NCBI GenBank assembly: GCA_044868695.1
Contig: JBIOWP010000084.1
Coordinates: 11,659 to 75,658, forward strand
DNA length: 64,000 nt
Origin: a bacterium
GTDB taxonomy: Bacteria; Sysuimicrobiota; Sysuimicrobiia; Sysuimicrobiales; Kaftiobacteriaceae
Direction of reading: 5' to 3'
This document shows, piece by piece, positions 1 to 9,331 of the stretch. The translations under genes were made by a program, and so were the position numbers. Positions within the stretch are counted from its first letter, which is position 1. Every line of letters begins with the position of its first letter. Under the pieces are notes generated by a model. It did no database searches and was not told where the DNA came from. It worked only from the letters and a program-made list of their open reading frames with translations.

Positions 1-752
1 TCGAGCGCGACGATCTCGCGATTCTGCTCGAGCAGTGCCCGTTTGACGGCAAGTTCATCGGCAGACGTTGCCAGAGTCTCGCGTGCCGCCGACAGGTCGA
101 CCCGCAGCCGGTCCCCCGCTGCGGCGCTGGCTACCAGGCGGCGCTGTTCATCTCGCAAGGCAGCAGCCCGCTCTTCCAGGGTCCGGAGGATCCCCGGATC
201 TTTGGTCAGCGCTTTCGTGCCCTTCTCCATTGCCCGGACGTGCTGCTCCAGCCGGCGGATCGCGGTGGCAACGTCCTCGCCCCCACCCCCGACGATGCGG
301 CCGAGTTCTTTGGCGATGCTGGTCTCTTGGATGCGCACTAGCTCCGCCTGAGCCACCTGCGCCGTCGCCTCGAAGAGGACTTCGGTCATGAGTCCGACCT
401 GCGCCACCAGGCGCTCCTGGACGACTTTGTGCTGGTCCCAGACGCGGCCGAGGTCGTCCTGCAGCGTCACTTTTCGCGAGGCGAAATCTTTGGTGAGGAC
501 AAACCGTTTGCCTTCGACCTCAAACTCCAGTTCCAGCAGAGGCGGATCTTCGGCGTCCCACCTGCGAAACTCGTCGCGGGACTTGGCCGACGTCGTGGCG
601 GGATTACCGTACAGCGCCGTCCGGATGGCCGTCCGCAGCGAAGACTTTCCGCTCTCATTCGGGCCGACGATCACGTTCAGCCCGGCGGCAAAGTCGAATA
701 CCTCATCGGGGAGACCGAGGAATCGCCGGGCGCGGAGATGCCGCAGGATCAC
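1..752 (-). CDS. sbcC: DNA double-strand-break repair ATPase SbcC/Rad50, N-terminal part; continues beyond the window start
   Basis: Minus-strand translation from about 752 gives MILRHLRARRFLGLPDEVFDFAAGLNVIVGPNESGKSSLRTAIRTALYG, a Rad50/SbcC Walker A. GTG start overlaps the sbcD stop by 4 nt (GTGA). Missing from the ORF track because it runs off the window edge. Confidence 0.8.
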   Translation of the reverse strand, partial: MILRHLRARRFLGLPDEVFDFAAGLNVIVGPNESGKSSLRTAIRTALYGNPATTSAKSRDEFRRWDAEDPPLLELEFEVEGKRFVLTKDFASRKVTLQDDLGRVWDQHKVVQERLVAQVGLMTEVLFEATAQVAQAELVRIQETSIAKELGRIVGGGGEDVATAIRRLEQHVRAMEKGTKALTKDPGILRTLEERAAALRDEQRRLVASAAAGDRLRVDLSAARETLATSADELAVKRALLEQNREIVAL

Positions 753-1864
753 GACAGCACCTCGCGGCCCTGCAGCAGCGCGACGCCGACCTGGAGTGCT
801 TCTTCCAGCACCGGCCGCTGGCTCTCCTCGGCTTCGGCCAGGCGCTCCCGCATGAGGCGCGCAAACCGGCCGAGCACGCTCTCGTCCGGGAGCCGGCCCA
901 GTTGCTCGTCATCCAACCATAGCTGCACGCGGGACGACACTCGCAGGCGGAAGAACCGGTCGGTCAGCTCCCGCTCGATGGCCTGCGCGTCGACGACCCG
1001 GTCGACCGGCGCTAGGCCGGCCAGCACCACGTCGCAGACCGCGTCCGGATCCGCCGCATCCTCGATCGCCTTTCGCAGGGCGGCATCATCGAGCGCGCTC
1101 ACGTCGAGATCCAGCTTCTTGTATTGGCGGCGCCCCACGCGGACCGCGGTGACGGCGGCGCGGCCCGGCTCGGAAACCTCGACCAGCAGCGCGTGTCCGG
1201 CTCCCTCCTGGTCGTAGGCCAGCAGCTCCGGGGAGCCCGCATACCAGGCCGCCGGCGAGGCGGTGACTTCAGATGCGGAATGCCAGTCCCCCAGCGCCAG
1301 GTAGTCGAGCCCCAGATCGCGGATTTCCTGCGGATGGATGGTGGCCGTGCCTTCCACCTGCCCCCCGCGGTAGGCAGAGCCGTGCGTAACCCCGACTGCA
1401 AACCGTGTGCCGCGCTCCCGCGGCCAACCGGCCAACGGGCTGGCCGGCGTGCCGGGTTCGGGTGACCGGCCCGTAATGGTGAGGTCGAGTTCGGGGATTG
1501 GGTGCGAGACCACTGTGCGGCCGAACAGCAGGACGCGCGACCCCGCGTGACGCAGGCGGTCGCTGCCGCCGACGAACCCGTCCGGAGCCACATCGTGGTT
1601 GCCCGCCACCAGCGCGGTCCAGATCCCGCGGTCATCCAGCCGCCGCAGCTCGCGTTGGACGAGGTCTAGCAGCGCCAGCGACGGCCGCGGGCTGTCAAAG
1701 AGATCGCCGGCGATCACGACCACCTGGACCTCCCGGGCCAGCGCCAGGTCCACCGAGCGCACGAAGGCATCCTCGAGGGCGCGGCGTTGGGCGGCTCCCT
1801 GCGCGCCCAGCATGTGAAAGGCTTTGCCCAGGTGGACATCGGCGAGATGCAGCAACCTCAGCAT
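749..1864 (-). CDS. sbcD: nuclease SbcCD subunit D (Mre11-like metallophosphoesterase)
   Basis: 371 aa. N-terminal LHLADVHLG and GNHD calcineurin-like phosphoesterase motifs. Immediately upstream of sbcC. Confidence 0.85.
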   Translation of the reverse strand: MLRLLHLADVHLGKAFHMLGAQGAAQRRALEDAFVRSVDLALAREVQVVVIAGDLFDSPRPSLALLDLVQRELRRLDDRGIWTALVAGNHDVAPDGFVGGSDRLRHAGSRVLLFGRTVVSHPIPELDLTITGRSPEPGTPASPLAGWPRERGTRFAVGVTHGSAYRGGQVEGTATIHPQEIRDLGLDYLALGDWHSASEVTASPAAWYAGSPELLAYDQEGAGHALLVEVSEPGRAAVTAVRVGRRQYKKLDLDVSALDDAALRKAIEDAADPDAVCDVVLAGLAPVDRVVDAQAIERELTDRFFRLRVSSRVQLWLDDEQLGRLPDESVLGRFARLMRERLAEAEESQRPVLEEALQVGVALLQGREVLS

Positions 1865-1867
1865 CGC

Positions 1868-4800
1868 CTACTCTTCCTCAAGGTCGGGGTCGCCCGTGGC
1901 CGTGTACGGACAGATGGACGCGAAGGCACAGTACCGGCAGGCGCGGTAGAAGTCAGGCGTCGCGATGAACTGCCCGGCGCGGATCCCGCCGGCGACGCGT
2001 TCAATGATCGCGGCGGTCTTCTCCAGCGCCTCAGCGTCGGGCACGGCGGTGCCGACCAGCACCTGCTGCGGGCCCAGGAAGTGCAGCTCCAGGCGGGTCG
2101 GCAGCGCGCCGTAGACCTCGCGATACGCCAGCGCGTAGAGCGCGAGCTGCAGACTCTCGCGGGCGCGGCGGTCGGCGTCCTTCTGCGCGCGGACGTCGGA
2201 GGTCTTGAAGTCGATCAACACCACTTCGTCCCCCCGCAGGTCCACGCGGTCCCAGCGGCCCTTCACGCGGGTGAGGCCGACCTGGAATGAGAACGGCGCT
2301 TCGACGAACGTAGGCACCCGGCCGCTCGTTTCCTGATATTCAAAGAAGCGCGCCAGGACCTCGCGGCCCTCCGCCATCCGCTGGTCCTCATGTTCCCGGC
2401 TGATGAATCCTTCGTTGACCCACGCCCGCTCGAATGAGCCGACCAGGTCGTCCAGGGTAATGAGCTGCCGGCGCGCTTTGCGGCGATGGTACTCGCGGAT
2501 CGCCTCGTGAATCGCCAAGCCGTAGACGACCCGGTGGTCGCGCAGCAGCGGGACGCGCAGGATGTGCGTGTACTTGTACTTCAGCGGGCACAGATCGTAG
2601 TCGTCGACCTGCCGGTAGGAGAGGAAGATGGGCTGGTCCGGCGGGATGAGCCCCGCCAGCCCCTGCTGCCCGTTGGCCGACGGGGCGTGGCGGTGGATAG
2701 CCTCGACCGGGGACGCATGGAATGCCGTCGTGTCTGCCTTGGGCAGGTCGAGCGCCTCCAGCACGAACCGGCTCACTTTGCGAGCCCGCACGCCGCCGTA
2801 GTCCCGTGCGCTGGTCAGGTACAGCTCGCGCTGGGCGCGCGTCATGGCGACGTAGAATAGCCTGCGTTCCTCTTGGAGGTGGAAGTCGCCGCTGGGCAGG
2901 ATGTCCTTGATCAGCGGCCCCGGCAGGGCGATCGGTTCCCCGCGGTGGCGGGTCGGAAAGCGGTCGGCCACGCAGTTGACTAGGAAGACGATGGGAAACT
3001 CCAGTCCCTTGGCTTTATGGACGGTCAGGATGTTGACCGCGTCCTGATCCACCTCGGCCTCGGCCACCGCGGGATCGTCGCCCGCGGCGATGAGGTCGTC
3101 CATGTGCTTGACGAACTCCGGGACGCGGTCGTAGGCGGCGATCTCCCCGTACCGGGCGACGAGGTCAAAGAATTTGGCTAGATTGGCTACGCGGACCTCG
3201 TCGTCGGCGAGGCCGCTCGTGGCCAGGCGCCGGACATACCCGGTACGGGTCACGAGGTACTCGTAGAGGACTCGGCCGGTCGCATGATCGTTCATCACCC
3301 CGCGCATCTCTTCCAGGTCGTTCAGCAGCTTGCTGATCGCGGCGCGGCTCTCCGGGGCAATTTCTTCGACAAGGTCGGCGGATGCGTCGAGGTGCCGGAA
3401 GACGTGCTCGAGCGTCCGGTGCTTGCGGTCGGCGTAGCTGAGGGCCTTGGCCAGGTCGGTGGCCGAGATTAGGTATAGCGGAGAGACGCCCAGATAGTAG
3501 AGGCTCAGGTTGTCCCCGGGCTTGGCCAGGGCCCGCAGGAAGGCCAGGGCGAGGCGAATTTCCTCCCGATTGTACAGGCCGCGGCTGCCGGTGAACCGGA
3601 ACGGCACCCCCCGCATGTTCAACGCGCGCATGAATGGGTCCGCGTCGGCGTTGCTGCGGACGAGGACCGCGCAGTGTTTGTAGGCACAGTCCCCCCGTTC
3701 GACTTTCTGGGCAATCTGCTGGGCGACCCAGTCGGCCTCCCCGCTGAGCGTGTCCAGGTGCACGTGTTGGGGCGCCTGACCGTCGACCCGCACCGCGCGC
3801 AGGCGTTTGTCGAGGTCGCGCCGGTCTTCCAGGCGGTCGGGATTGTTGTGCTGGATCAGGCGGTAGGCCGTATCGAGAATCCCCTGATGCGAGCGATAGT
3901 TGGTGGTCAACACTACCTGCGCGGCCTGCGGGAAGACGTCGAGGAAGTTGAGGATGTTGCTGATCGCGGCGCCCCGGAACTTGTAGATGGACTGGTCGTC
4001 GTCGCCGACCACGGCAATGTGCTGGGGTCCGTCGTCCCCGACCAGCAGCCGCACCAGCTGGAACTGTGCGTAGTTGGTGTCCTGGAACTCGTCGACCAGG
4101 ATGTACGTGAAGCGTTCCCGGTACTCCCGCAGCACCGCCGGTCGCTCCCGGAGGAGCCGCAGCGTGTGGGTGATGAGGTCGCCGAAGTCGACCAGCCCCT
4201 CTTTGGCCAGCAGTTCCTGGTAGCGTTGGTATGTCAGCGCGAGCTCCTGCTGCTGGCGGGCCAGGTCCGCCAGTTCGCGGTCATCCGGATGGGCCCGGGC
4301 TTCCGCGATGACCCGGTCGGCGTGCGCGCGATACTCGGCCGGACTGGCGTCCTCGTCCTTCGCCCGGGAGATCAACGCGATCAGGGTTTCGATGTATCGT
4401 GTCGGGTCGCCCAGCGGCCGGTAGACGTCGAGCGGAAATTCAAACAGGTGCTCCCGGAAGAAGATGACCTGCTCGGCTTTAGTCAGCACGCGGAAGTCGG
4501 GGGACAGGCCCAGCTCCAACGCATGGTCCCGCAACACCCGGTCGCCGAAGGCGTGGAAGGTGCTGATCCAGACGTCGGTGTACCCGTAGGGCACGAGGAC
4601 ATCGACGCGCTCTTCCATCTCGGCCGCGGCCTTGTCCGTGAAGGTGAGGGCGAGGATCTCCGCGGGCCGCGCTCGCCGGGTGGCAATCAGCCAGGCGATC
4701 CGCCGCGTGATGACCGCCGTCTTGCCGGTGCCGGCCCCGGCGACGATCAGCAGCGGCCCCGAGGCGTGCGTGACGGCCCGCCGCTGCTCGTCATTGAGGT

Positions 4801-4921
4801 CGGCCAGGATCCGGTCGTCGAGAGGGACCGGGGCAGCGGCCCGGTCTGGTGCGGTCAGTTCCAGCGGCAGCTGGCCCGGCGGGCGGGCGTCGATGGTGAG
4901 GGGATGGCGTCGGTCCGGCAT
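1868..4921 (-). CDS. UvrD/PcrA-family superfamily-1 helicase fused to a C-terminal Cas4/AddB-type PD-(D/E)XK Fe-S nuclease (AddAB-like single-chain helicase-nuclease)
   Basis: 1017 aa. Walker A AGAGTGKT, motif II DEFQDTNYAQ, other UvrD motifs. C-terminal nuclease with CPLKY, IDFK, QLALYA and CRYCAFASICPY (1+3 Cys). The ATG overlaps the recX stop by 1 nt. sbcD follows after 3 nt. Confidence 0.85.
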   Translation of the reverse strand: MPDRRHPLTIDARPPGQLPLELTAPDRAAAPVPLDDRILADLNDEQRRAVTHASGPLLIVAGAGTGKTAVITRRIAWLIATRRARPAEILALTFTDKAAAEMEERVDVLVPYGYTDVWISTFHAFGDRVLRDHALELGLSPDFRVLTKAEQVIFFREHLFEFPLDVYRPLGDPTRYIETLIALISRAKDEDASPAEYRAHADRVIAEARAHPDDRELADLARQQQELALTYQRYQELLAKEGLVDFGDLITHTLRLLRERPAVLREYRERFTYILVDEFQDTNYAQFQLVRLLVGDDGPQHIAVVGDDDQSIYKFRGAAISNILNFLDVFPQAAQVVLTTNYRSHQGILDTAYRLIQHNNPDRLEDRRDLDKRLRAVRVDGQAPQHVHLDTLSGEADWVAQQIAQKVERGDCAYKHCAVLVRSNADADPFMRALNMRGVPFRFTGSRGLYNREEIRLALAFLRALAKPGDNLSLYYLGVSPLYLISATDLAKALSYADRKHRTLEHVFRHLDASADLVEEIAPESRAAISKLLNDLEEMRGVMNDHATGRVLYEYLVTRTGYVRRLATSGLADDEVRVANLAKFFDLVARYGEIAAYDRVPEFVKHMDDLIAAGDDPAVAEAEVDQDAVNILTVHKAKGLEFPIVFLVNCVADRFPTRHRGEPIALPGPLIKDILPSGDFHLQEERRLFYVAMTRAQRELYLTSARDYGGVRARKVSRFVLEALDLPKADTTAFHASPVEAIHRHAPSANGQQGLAGLIPPDQPIFLSYRQVDDYDLCPLKYKYTHILRVPLLRDHRVVYGLAIHEAIREYHRRKARRQLITLDDLVGSFERAWVNEGFISREHEDQRMAEGREVLARFFEYQETSGRVPTFVEAPFSFQVGLTRVKGRWDRVDLRGDEVVLIDFKTSDVRAQKDADRRARESLQLALYALAYREVYGALPTRLELHFLGPQQVLVGTAVPDAEALEKTAAIIERVAGGIRAGQFIATPDFYRACRYCAFASICPYTATGDPDLEEE

Positions 4922-5565
4922 CAGTCGGTGTCCTGCGGCAGCGAGCCCACCGTGTCCCGGAGGACACGGGCGATCACAGACGTCGAGAATCCGCGGCGTT
5001 CCAGGAGTCCCGCCAGCCGGCGGGCAGCCACCTCGCGGCTCAGGCCGCGGTATCGGCGCAGCCGGCTGCGCGCCACGTCCTGCGCGAGCGCATCCTCGTC
5101 CTGCTCACTGAGACGTTCGCGCAGCGTCCTGTCGATGACCTCCCGCGCGACGCCCTTGCGCGCGAGCTCGTACCGGAGACGGACGCGGCCCGAAGGCTGC
5201 AATGCAGTCCGGCTGCGCACCCAGGCGTCCGCGAAGCGGTGGTCATCCACCAGCCCCGCGTGTTCAAGATCGGTGATGACGGCGGCGACCACCTCAGCGG
5301 GAAGACCCCGCCGGCGCAGCCGGTCGGCCAGTTCCCGGCGGCTGCGGGGGCGGATAGCCAGCAGACGGTAGACGGTTTCTTCTGCCAGCGCCCGCTCTCC
5401 ACGCGCCCGCACCTGCGCGAGCGCGGTCTCGTCAATGTCGGCGCCGGTGGCAAGCCCGAGCGCGTTGACATCCTCCGGCCGCAGGCGAAACGTCCCGCCG
5501 GTGTCCAGCACCACGCGCCGGTGGCCGAGCCGGCCGCGGCTCGGACCGATATGGACGACGTTCAC
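4921..5565 (-). CDS. recX: recombination regulator RecX
   Basis: 214 aa. RecX-like three-repeat helical protein immediately downstream of recA. Confidence 0.85.
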   Translation of the reverse strand: MNVVHIGPSRGRLGHRRVVLDTGGTFRLRPEDVNALGLATGADIDETALAQVRARGERALAEETVYRLLAIRPRSRRELADRLRRRGLPAEVVAAVITDLEHAGLVDDHRFADAWVRSRTALQPSGRVRLRYELARKGVAREVIDRTLRERLSEQDEDALAQDVARSRLRRYRGLSREVAARRLAGLLERRGFSTSVIARVLRDTVGSLPQDTD

Positions 5566-5570
5566 CCCTG

Positions 5571-6626
5571 CTACGCCCTGCCCTTTGCCGGCTCCCTGGC
5601 GGGCGGCGCCTCGCGGACTTCGGCCGGCGCGGGCGATTTGATCAGTCCCAGGTGCGTGCGCACGCGGCGCTCAATCTCTCGCGCCAGTTCCGGGTTCGCG
5701 TCCAGAAAGTCGCGGGCATTGTCGCGTCCCTGGCCCAGTTTCATCTCACCGAACGCGAACCAGGTGCCCGTGCGCTGGACGATGCCGTGCACCGCGGCCA
5801 CGTCGAGGAGACTGGCGGCTTTGGAAATTCCGCGTCCGTAGAAGATGTCGACCTCTGCCTCGCGAAACGGCGGAGCCAGCTTGTTCTTCACCACCTTGAC
5901 CCGCGCGCGCATGCCCTTGAGCTCTTCCCCGACTTTGATGCTCTCCGTCCGCCGGATCTCCATGCGCACCGACGCGTAGAACTTCAGCGCCCGGCCGCCG
6001 GTGGTGGTTTCGGGATTGCCGAACATGACGCCGATCTTCTCACGGATCTGGTTGATGAACACGACGGTCGTGTGGGACCGGCTGATCGCGCCGACCAGTT
6101 TGCGCAGCGCCTGCGACATCAGCCGCGCCTGCAGGCCCATGTGCGCGTCGCCCATGTCGCCTTCCAGTTCGGCTTTGGGGACCAGCGCGGCGACCGAATC
6201 GACGACGATGATGTCGACCGCGCCGCTGCGCACCAGCATCTCGGCGATCTCCAGCGCCTGCTCACCGGAGTCCGGCTGGGAGAGCAGCAGGCCGTCCACG
6301 TCGACGCCTACGGCCTTCGCGTAGTTGGGATCTAGCGCGTGCTCGGCGTCGATAAACGCCGCCACCCCACCCTCGCGCTGCGCCTCGGCGATGATGTGAT
6401 ACCCCAGCGTGGTCTTGCCGGAGGACTCGGGCCCGTAGACTTCGATCACGCGGCCCCGCGGGACCCCGCCGACGCCCAGGGCGATGTCCAACGCCAGAGC
6501 ACCGGTGGAAATGACCTCGACGGCCAGCTTAGCGCTGGCCTCTCCCAGCTTCATAATGGAGCCTTTGCCGAACTGCTTCTCGATCTGCGTCAGGGCGAGA
6601 TCGAGGGCCCGCTGCCGTTCGTTCAT
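5571..6626 (-). CDS. recA: recombinase RecA
   Basis: 351 aa. [10 protein letters not shown] Walker A, canonical RecA throughout. Confidence 0.97.
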   Translation of the reverse strand: MNERQRALDLALTQIEKQFGKGSIMKLGEASAKLAVEVISTGALALDIALGVGGVPRGRVIEVYGPESSGKTTLGYHIIAEAQREGGVAAFIDAEHALDPNYAKAVGVDVDGLLLSQPDSGEQALEIAEMLVRSGAVDIIVVDSVAALVPKAELEGDMGDAHMGLQARLMSQALRKLVGAISRSHTTVVFINQIREKIGVMFGNPETTTGGRALKFYASVRMEIRRTESIKVGEELKGMRARVKVVKNKLAPPFREAEVDIFYGRGISKAASLLDVAAVHGIVQRTGTWFAFGEMKLGQGRDNARDFLDANPELAREIERRVRTHLGLIKSPAPAEVREAPPAREPAKGRA

Positions 6627-6659
6627 CGACGCAACCTCCCTGCCCAGCTGTTCGCGCGC

Positions 6660-6688
6660 AGTCTACCAAACGTTTGTTCGCTTGTCAA
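6660..6688 (-). promoter_or_regulatory. recA sigma-A-type promoter (TTGACA, 17 bp spacer, TAGACT) with a Cheo/LexA box GAACAAACGTTT in the spacer
   Basis: Minus strand reads TTGACAagcGAACAAACGTTTggTAGACT about 35 nt upstream of the recA ATG. GAAC-N4-GTTT matches the Firmicutes LexA consensus GAAC-N4-GTTC at 7/8 positions. Confidence 0.5.
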
Positions 6689-6714
6689 TGACTCAGTTGA
6701 GCCGGCCGCACCTA

Positions 6715-7296
6715 CTACTTCTCGTGGCCATGGAGGCTGACCTCCTCAACCCGTGCGTAGATAGGTCCATCAGGGGTCAGATGGCTCTCCATCACCGAGA
6801 TGGTCCTGACCTCTTGGGACCCGACGGGCAGCTCCGCATGCTGGGTGAGGGCCCGGACGACATCTCCCCACTGCCGGGCATCGCGTACCCGCGCCAGCGT
6901 CAGGTGGGGTCGGAACGTGCGGTCCTCGAGCGGGAAGCGGTGATGAGCCAGCCGGTCGTCGAGCCGTTGGGCGAGCGCCTCCAGTGCCTGCGCGCCGTCT
7001 CCCACGCCGATCCACACGACCTGGGGCCGCTGGAGGCTCGGGAACGCGCCCAGGTGGGTCAGCGCGATGGCAAACGGCCGGATCCCGGCCACGGCCTCAC
7101 GTGAGGCGATTTTCGCAAGGGCCACCTGCGCGGGTGTAATCTCGCCGAGAAACCGCAGCGTAAAGTGGAGATTGCCCGGTTTGATCCAGCGGATCCTCGC
7201 GCCGGCCGCTTCCAGGCGCCGCTGTGCTTCGACGACGTGCTGGTGCAGCGCCGGGTCGAGTTCCACGGCGATGAAGATGCGGTGTCGTGCGATCAT
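6715..7296 (-). CDS. thpR: RNA 2',3'-cyclic phosphodiesterase (2H family, ThpR/LigT)
   Basis: 193 aa. Two H-x-T/S-x motifs (HFTLRF, HLTLAR). Confidence 0.8.
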   Translation of the reverse strand: MIARHRIFIAVELDPALHQHVVEAQRRLEAAGARIRWIKPGNLHFTLRFLGEITPAQVALAKIASREAVAGIRPFAIALTHLGAFPSLQRPQVVWIGVGDGAQALEALAQRLDDRLAHHRFPLEDRTFRPHLTLARVRDARQWGDVVRALTQHAELPVGSQEVRTISVMESHLTPDGPIYARVEEVSLHGHEK

Positions 7297-8531
7297 GCCC
7301 GCAGCAGATGGAGGCGCAACAGGTTGAGCGCCGCCTGTGAGGCCAGAAAGCGAATGCCTTCTCGGCCGGCTTCAGACCCCAACAGCAGCCGCCGGTGCGT
7401 CGGTCCTGCGGCACCGGCGAGAGCCAGGAAGACCAGGCCGACCGGTTTTTCGGGCGTCCCCCCGGTAGGACCGGCGATACCGGTGACGGCCAGGCCGAGG
7501 GCCGCACCCGCGCGCCGGCGAATGCCGGCCGCCATGCCCTCCGCGACCTCTGCGCTCACGGCGCCGTGCGCATCGAGGAGTGCTGGATCGACGCCCGCAT
7601 CTCTAATTTTCGCCTCGTTGCTGTAAGCCGCGACGCCCTCGAGGAAATACGTCGAGCTGCCCGGGACGGCCGTCAGGCGGTGGCTGATCTGCCCGCCGGT
7701 GCATGACTCGGCGACCGCAACCGTCAGGCGGCGCGCGGTCAGCGCGGCGGCCACCACGTCTTCCAGCGTCTGGCCGTCGACGCCGTACACGAGGTCGCCG
7801 AGCCGCTCGCGCACAAGGGCTTCGCCTCGATCCAACGTGGCGGCCACGGCGTCGGGGGCTCCCTTTGCGGTGAGTCGCAGGTGCACCTCGCCGAGCTTCG
7901 CGTAGGGCGCGATGGTGGGCTCCGTCAGCTGAAGGAGGTCCTTGATGCGGACCTCGATGGCCGACTCCCCCTCCCCCGTGACACGCAGCACGCGGGATTG
8001 GATGACGGCCGCCCCCGCCCGATCGCGCAGGGCCGGGAGCACGTACCCGTCCATCATGCCCTTCATCTCGTAGGGCACGCCCGGCATCAGGAACAGCGAA
8101 CGGCCGCGGTGCTCGATGTGGACCCCCGGCGCCGTCCCGCGGGTATTGGCGATGATGCGTGCGCCGCGCGGCACCAGCGCCTGCTTGAACACGGTATCCG
8201 ACGGTGTCCGCCCGCGGGCGTCGAAGAACCGGCGGATGTGGTCAGCGGCGCTCTCGTCCGCCACCAGGGGAAGTCCCAGCGTCGTGGCGACCGTCGCCAC
8301 CGTCAGGTCGTCTTCGGTGGGTCCCAGCCCCCCGGTCATCAGCACGACATCGGCGCGTGATAGGGCCAGGCGCGTTGCCTCTTCGATCCGCGTCGGATTG
8401 TCTCCGACGGTCTGCTTGAAGTAGACATCGACGCCGATCTCGGCCAGCCGCTGGGCGAGGTAGGCGGCGTTGGTGTCGACGATCTGACCCAGAAGGAGTT
8501 CCGTACCGACCGAAATGATCTCTGCGCGCAT
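7293..8531 (-). CDS. cinA: competence/damage-inducible protein CinA (MoCF-like domain plus PncC-type NMN deamidase domain)
   Basis: The ORF track extends it to 8732. The conserved N-terminus MRAEIISVGTELLLGQIVDTNAAYLA starts at 8531, giving 412 aa. Confidence 0.85.
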   Translation of the reverse strand: MRAEIISVGTELLLGQIVDTNAAYLAQRLAEIGVDVYFKQTVGDNPTRIEEATRLALSRADVVLMTGGLGPTEDDLTVATVATTLGLPLVADESAADHIRRFFDARGRTPSDTVFKQALVPRGARIIANTRGTAPGVHIEHRGRSLFLMPGVPYEMKGMMDGYVLPALRDRAGAAVIQSRVLRVTGEGESAIEVRIKDLLQLTEPTIAPYAKLGEVHLRLTAKGAPDAVAATLDRGEALVRERLGDLVYGVDGQTLEDVVAAALTARRLTVAVAESCTGGQISHRLTAVPGSSTYFLEGVAAYSNEAKIRDAGVDPALLDAHGAVSAEVAEGMAAGIRRRAGAALGLAVTGIAGPTGGTPEKPVGLVFLALAGAAGPTHRRLLLGSEAGREGIRFLASQAALNLLRLHLLRA

Positions 8532-8533
8532 GG

Positions 8534-9319
8534 CTAGGGTGCCGTGAATGTCTCCTCCCAGACACGTCGCCGCACGTCCGACAGCACCGGTTGGCCGTTG
8601 ACCTGCAACGAAACGGCGGTGGTGTCGCCGACGCGCACCGTGAGCCGTTCGCGTGCCCGCCAGACCTTGACCTCCCCCTCGTGCACCAGCCCCTGGAAGA
8701 TCTCCTCGTCGTCGGCGAGCACGCGCAGCCACGACGTGCCCGTCGCCTGCACGACCAGTTCCACGCCGGCGCCCGGGGTCTGACCCGCGGGCTCGCCGGG
8801 TTCTCCCGGGGCCGGCGGGTGCGCCGGTTCAGCGACCGCCGCCTCCGGCGGGGCCGGCGGCGGAACGGGTTTCGCGAACTGGCGCATCTGCTGGTACCCG
8901 ATCAGGATGAGGACGATGAAGACCAGGACCACCGCCCCGCCGATGATCATGATGATGCGCCGCACACGGGAGGGCGGCACGGCCGGCCGGATGGGCACCT
9001 CCGCGGGGAACGCCGGAACCAGCGGCTGGGCCGGCGCATCAAACGCCAGCGGATACGCCTCGATCAATTCGTCGGGGTTCAGTCCCAGGGTGGCCGCGTA
9101 GGTGCGCAGATATCCCCGCGTGTACACTGTGGCCGGCAGGCGGTCAAACTGTTCCTCCTCCAGCGCCTGAAGGTAGAGGGCGCGGATGTGTGTCAGGGTC
9201 TCGGCCGCGGCCAGCGTCAATCCTTTGGCTTCGCGCGCGTTGCGCAGGCGCTCGCCGATGCCCAGCGTCTCGGAGTGGGGGGACGGGGTCCGATGTTGCT
9301 GCACGCTGTCTGTGTTCAA
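8534..9319 (-). CDS. rodZ: RodZ-like cytoskeleton protein (XRE-type HTH, one TM helix, C-terminal DUF4115-like domain)
   Basis: 261 aa. N-terminal HTH (LGERLRNAREAKGLTLAAAE), TM segment IIMIIGGAVVLVFIVLILIG, Pro-rich linker. Sits upstream of cinA-recA as in Bacillus. Confidence 0.7.
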   Translation of the reverse strand: MNTDSVQQHRTPSPHSETLGIGERLRNAREAKGLTLAAAETLTHIRALYLQALEEEQFDRLPATVYTRGYLRTYAATLGLNPDELIEAYPLAFDAPAQPLVPAFPAEVPIRPAVPPSRVRRIIMIIGGAVVLVFIVLILIGYQQMRQFAKPVPPPAPPEAAVAEPAHPPAPGEPGEPAGQTPGAGVELVVQATGTSWLRVLADDEEIFQGLVHEGEVKVWRARERLTVRVGDTTAVSLQVNGQPVLSDVRRRVWEETFTAP

Positions 9320-9331
9320 TCACCCGAACAA

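Noticed and set aside
429-1217. Long plus-strand ORFs (for example 429..1217, 3674..5371, 15999..17459, 17670..18722, 28208..29533, 29697..31037, 31905..33221, 34144..35433, 56797..58593, 58470..59738, 61131..62450)
   Set aside because: All lie antisense to well-supported minus-strand genes. Their translations are Arg/Gly/Pro/Ala-rich, as expected for stop-free antisense frames in about 70% GC DNA. None has a recognisable family.
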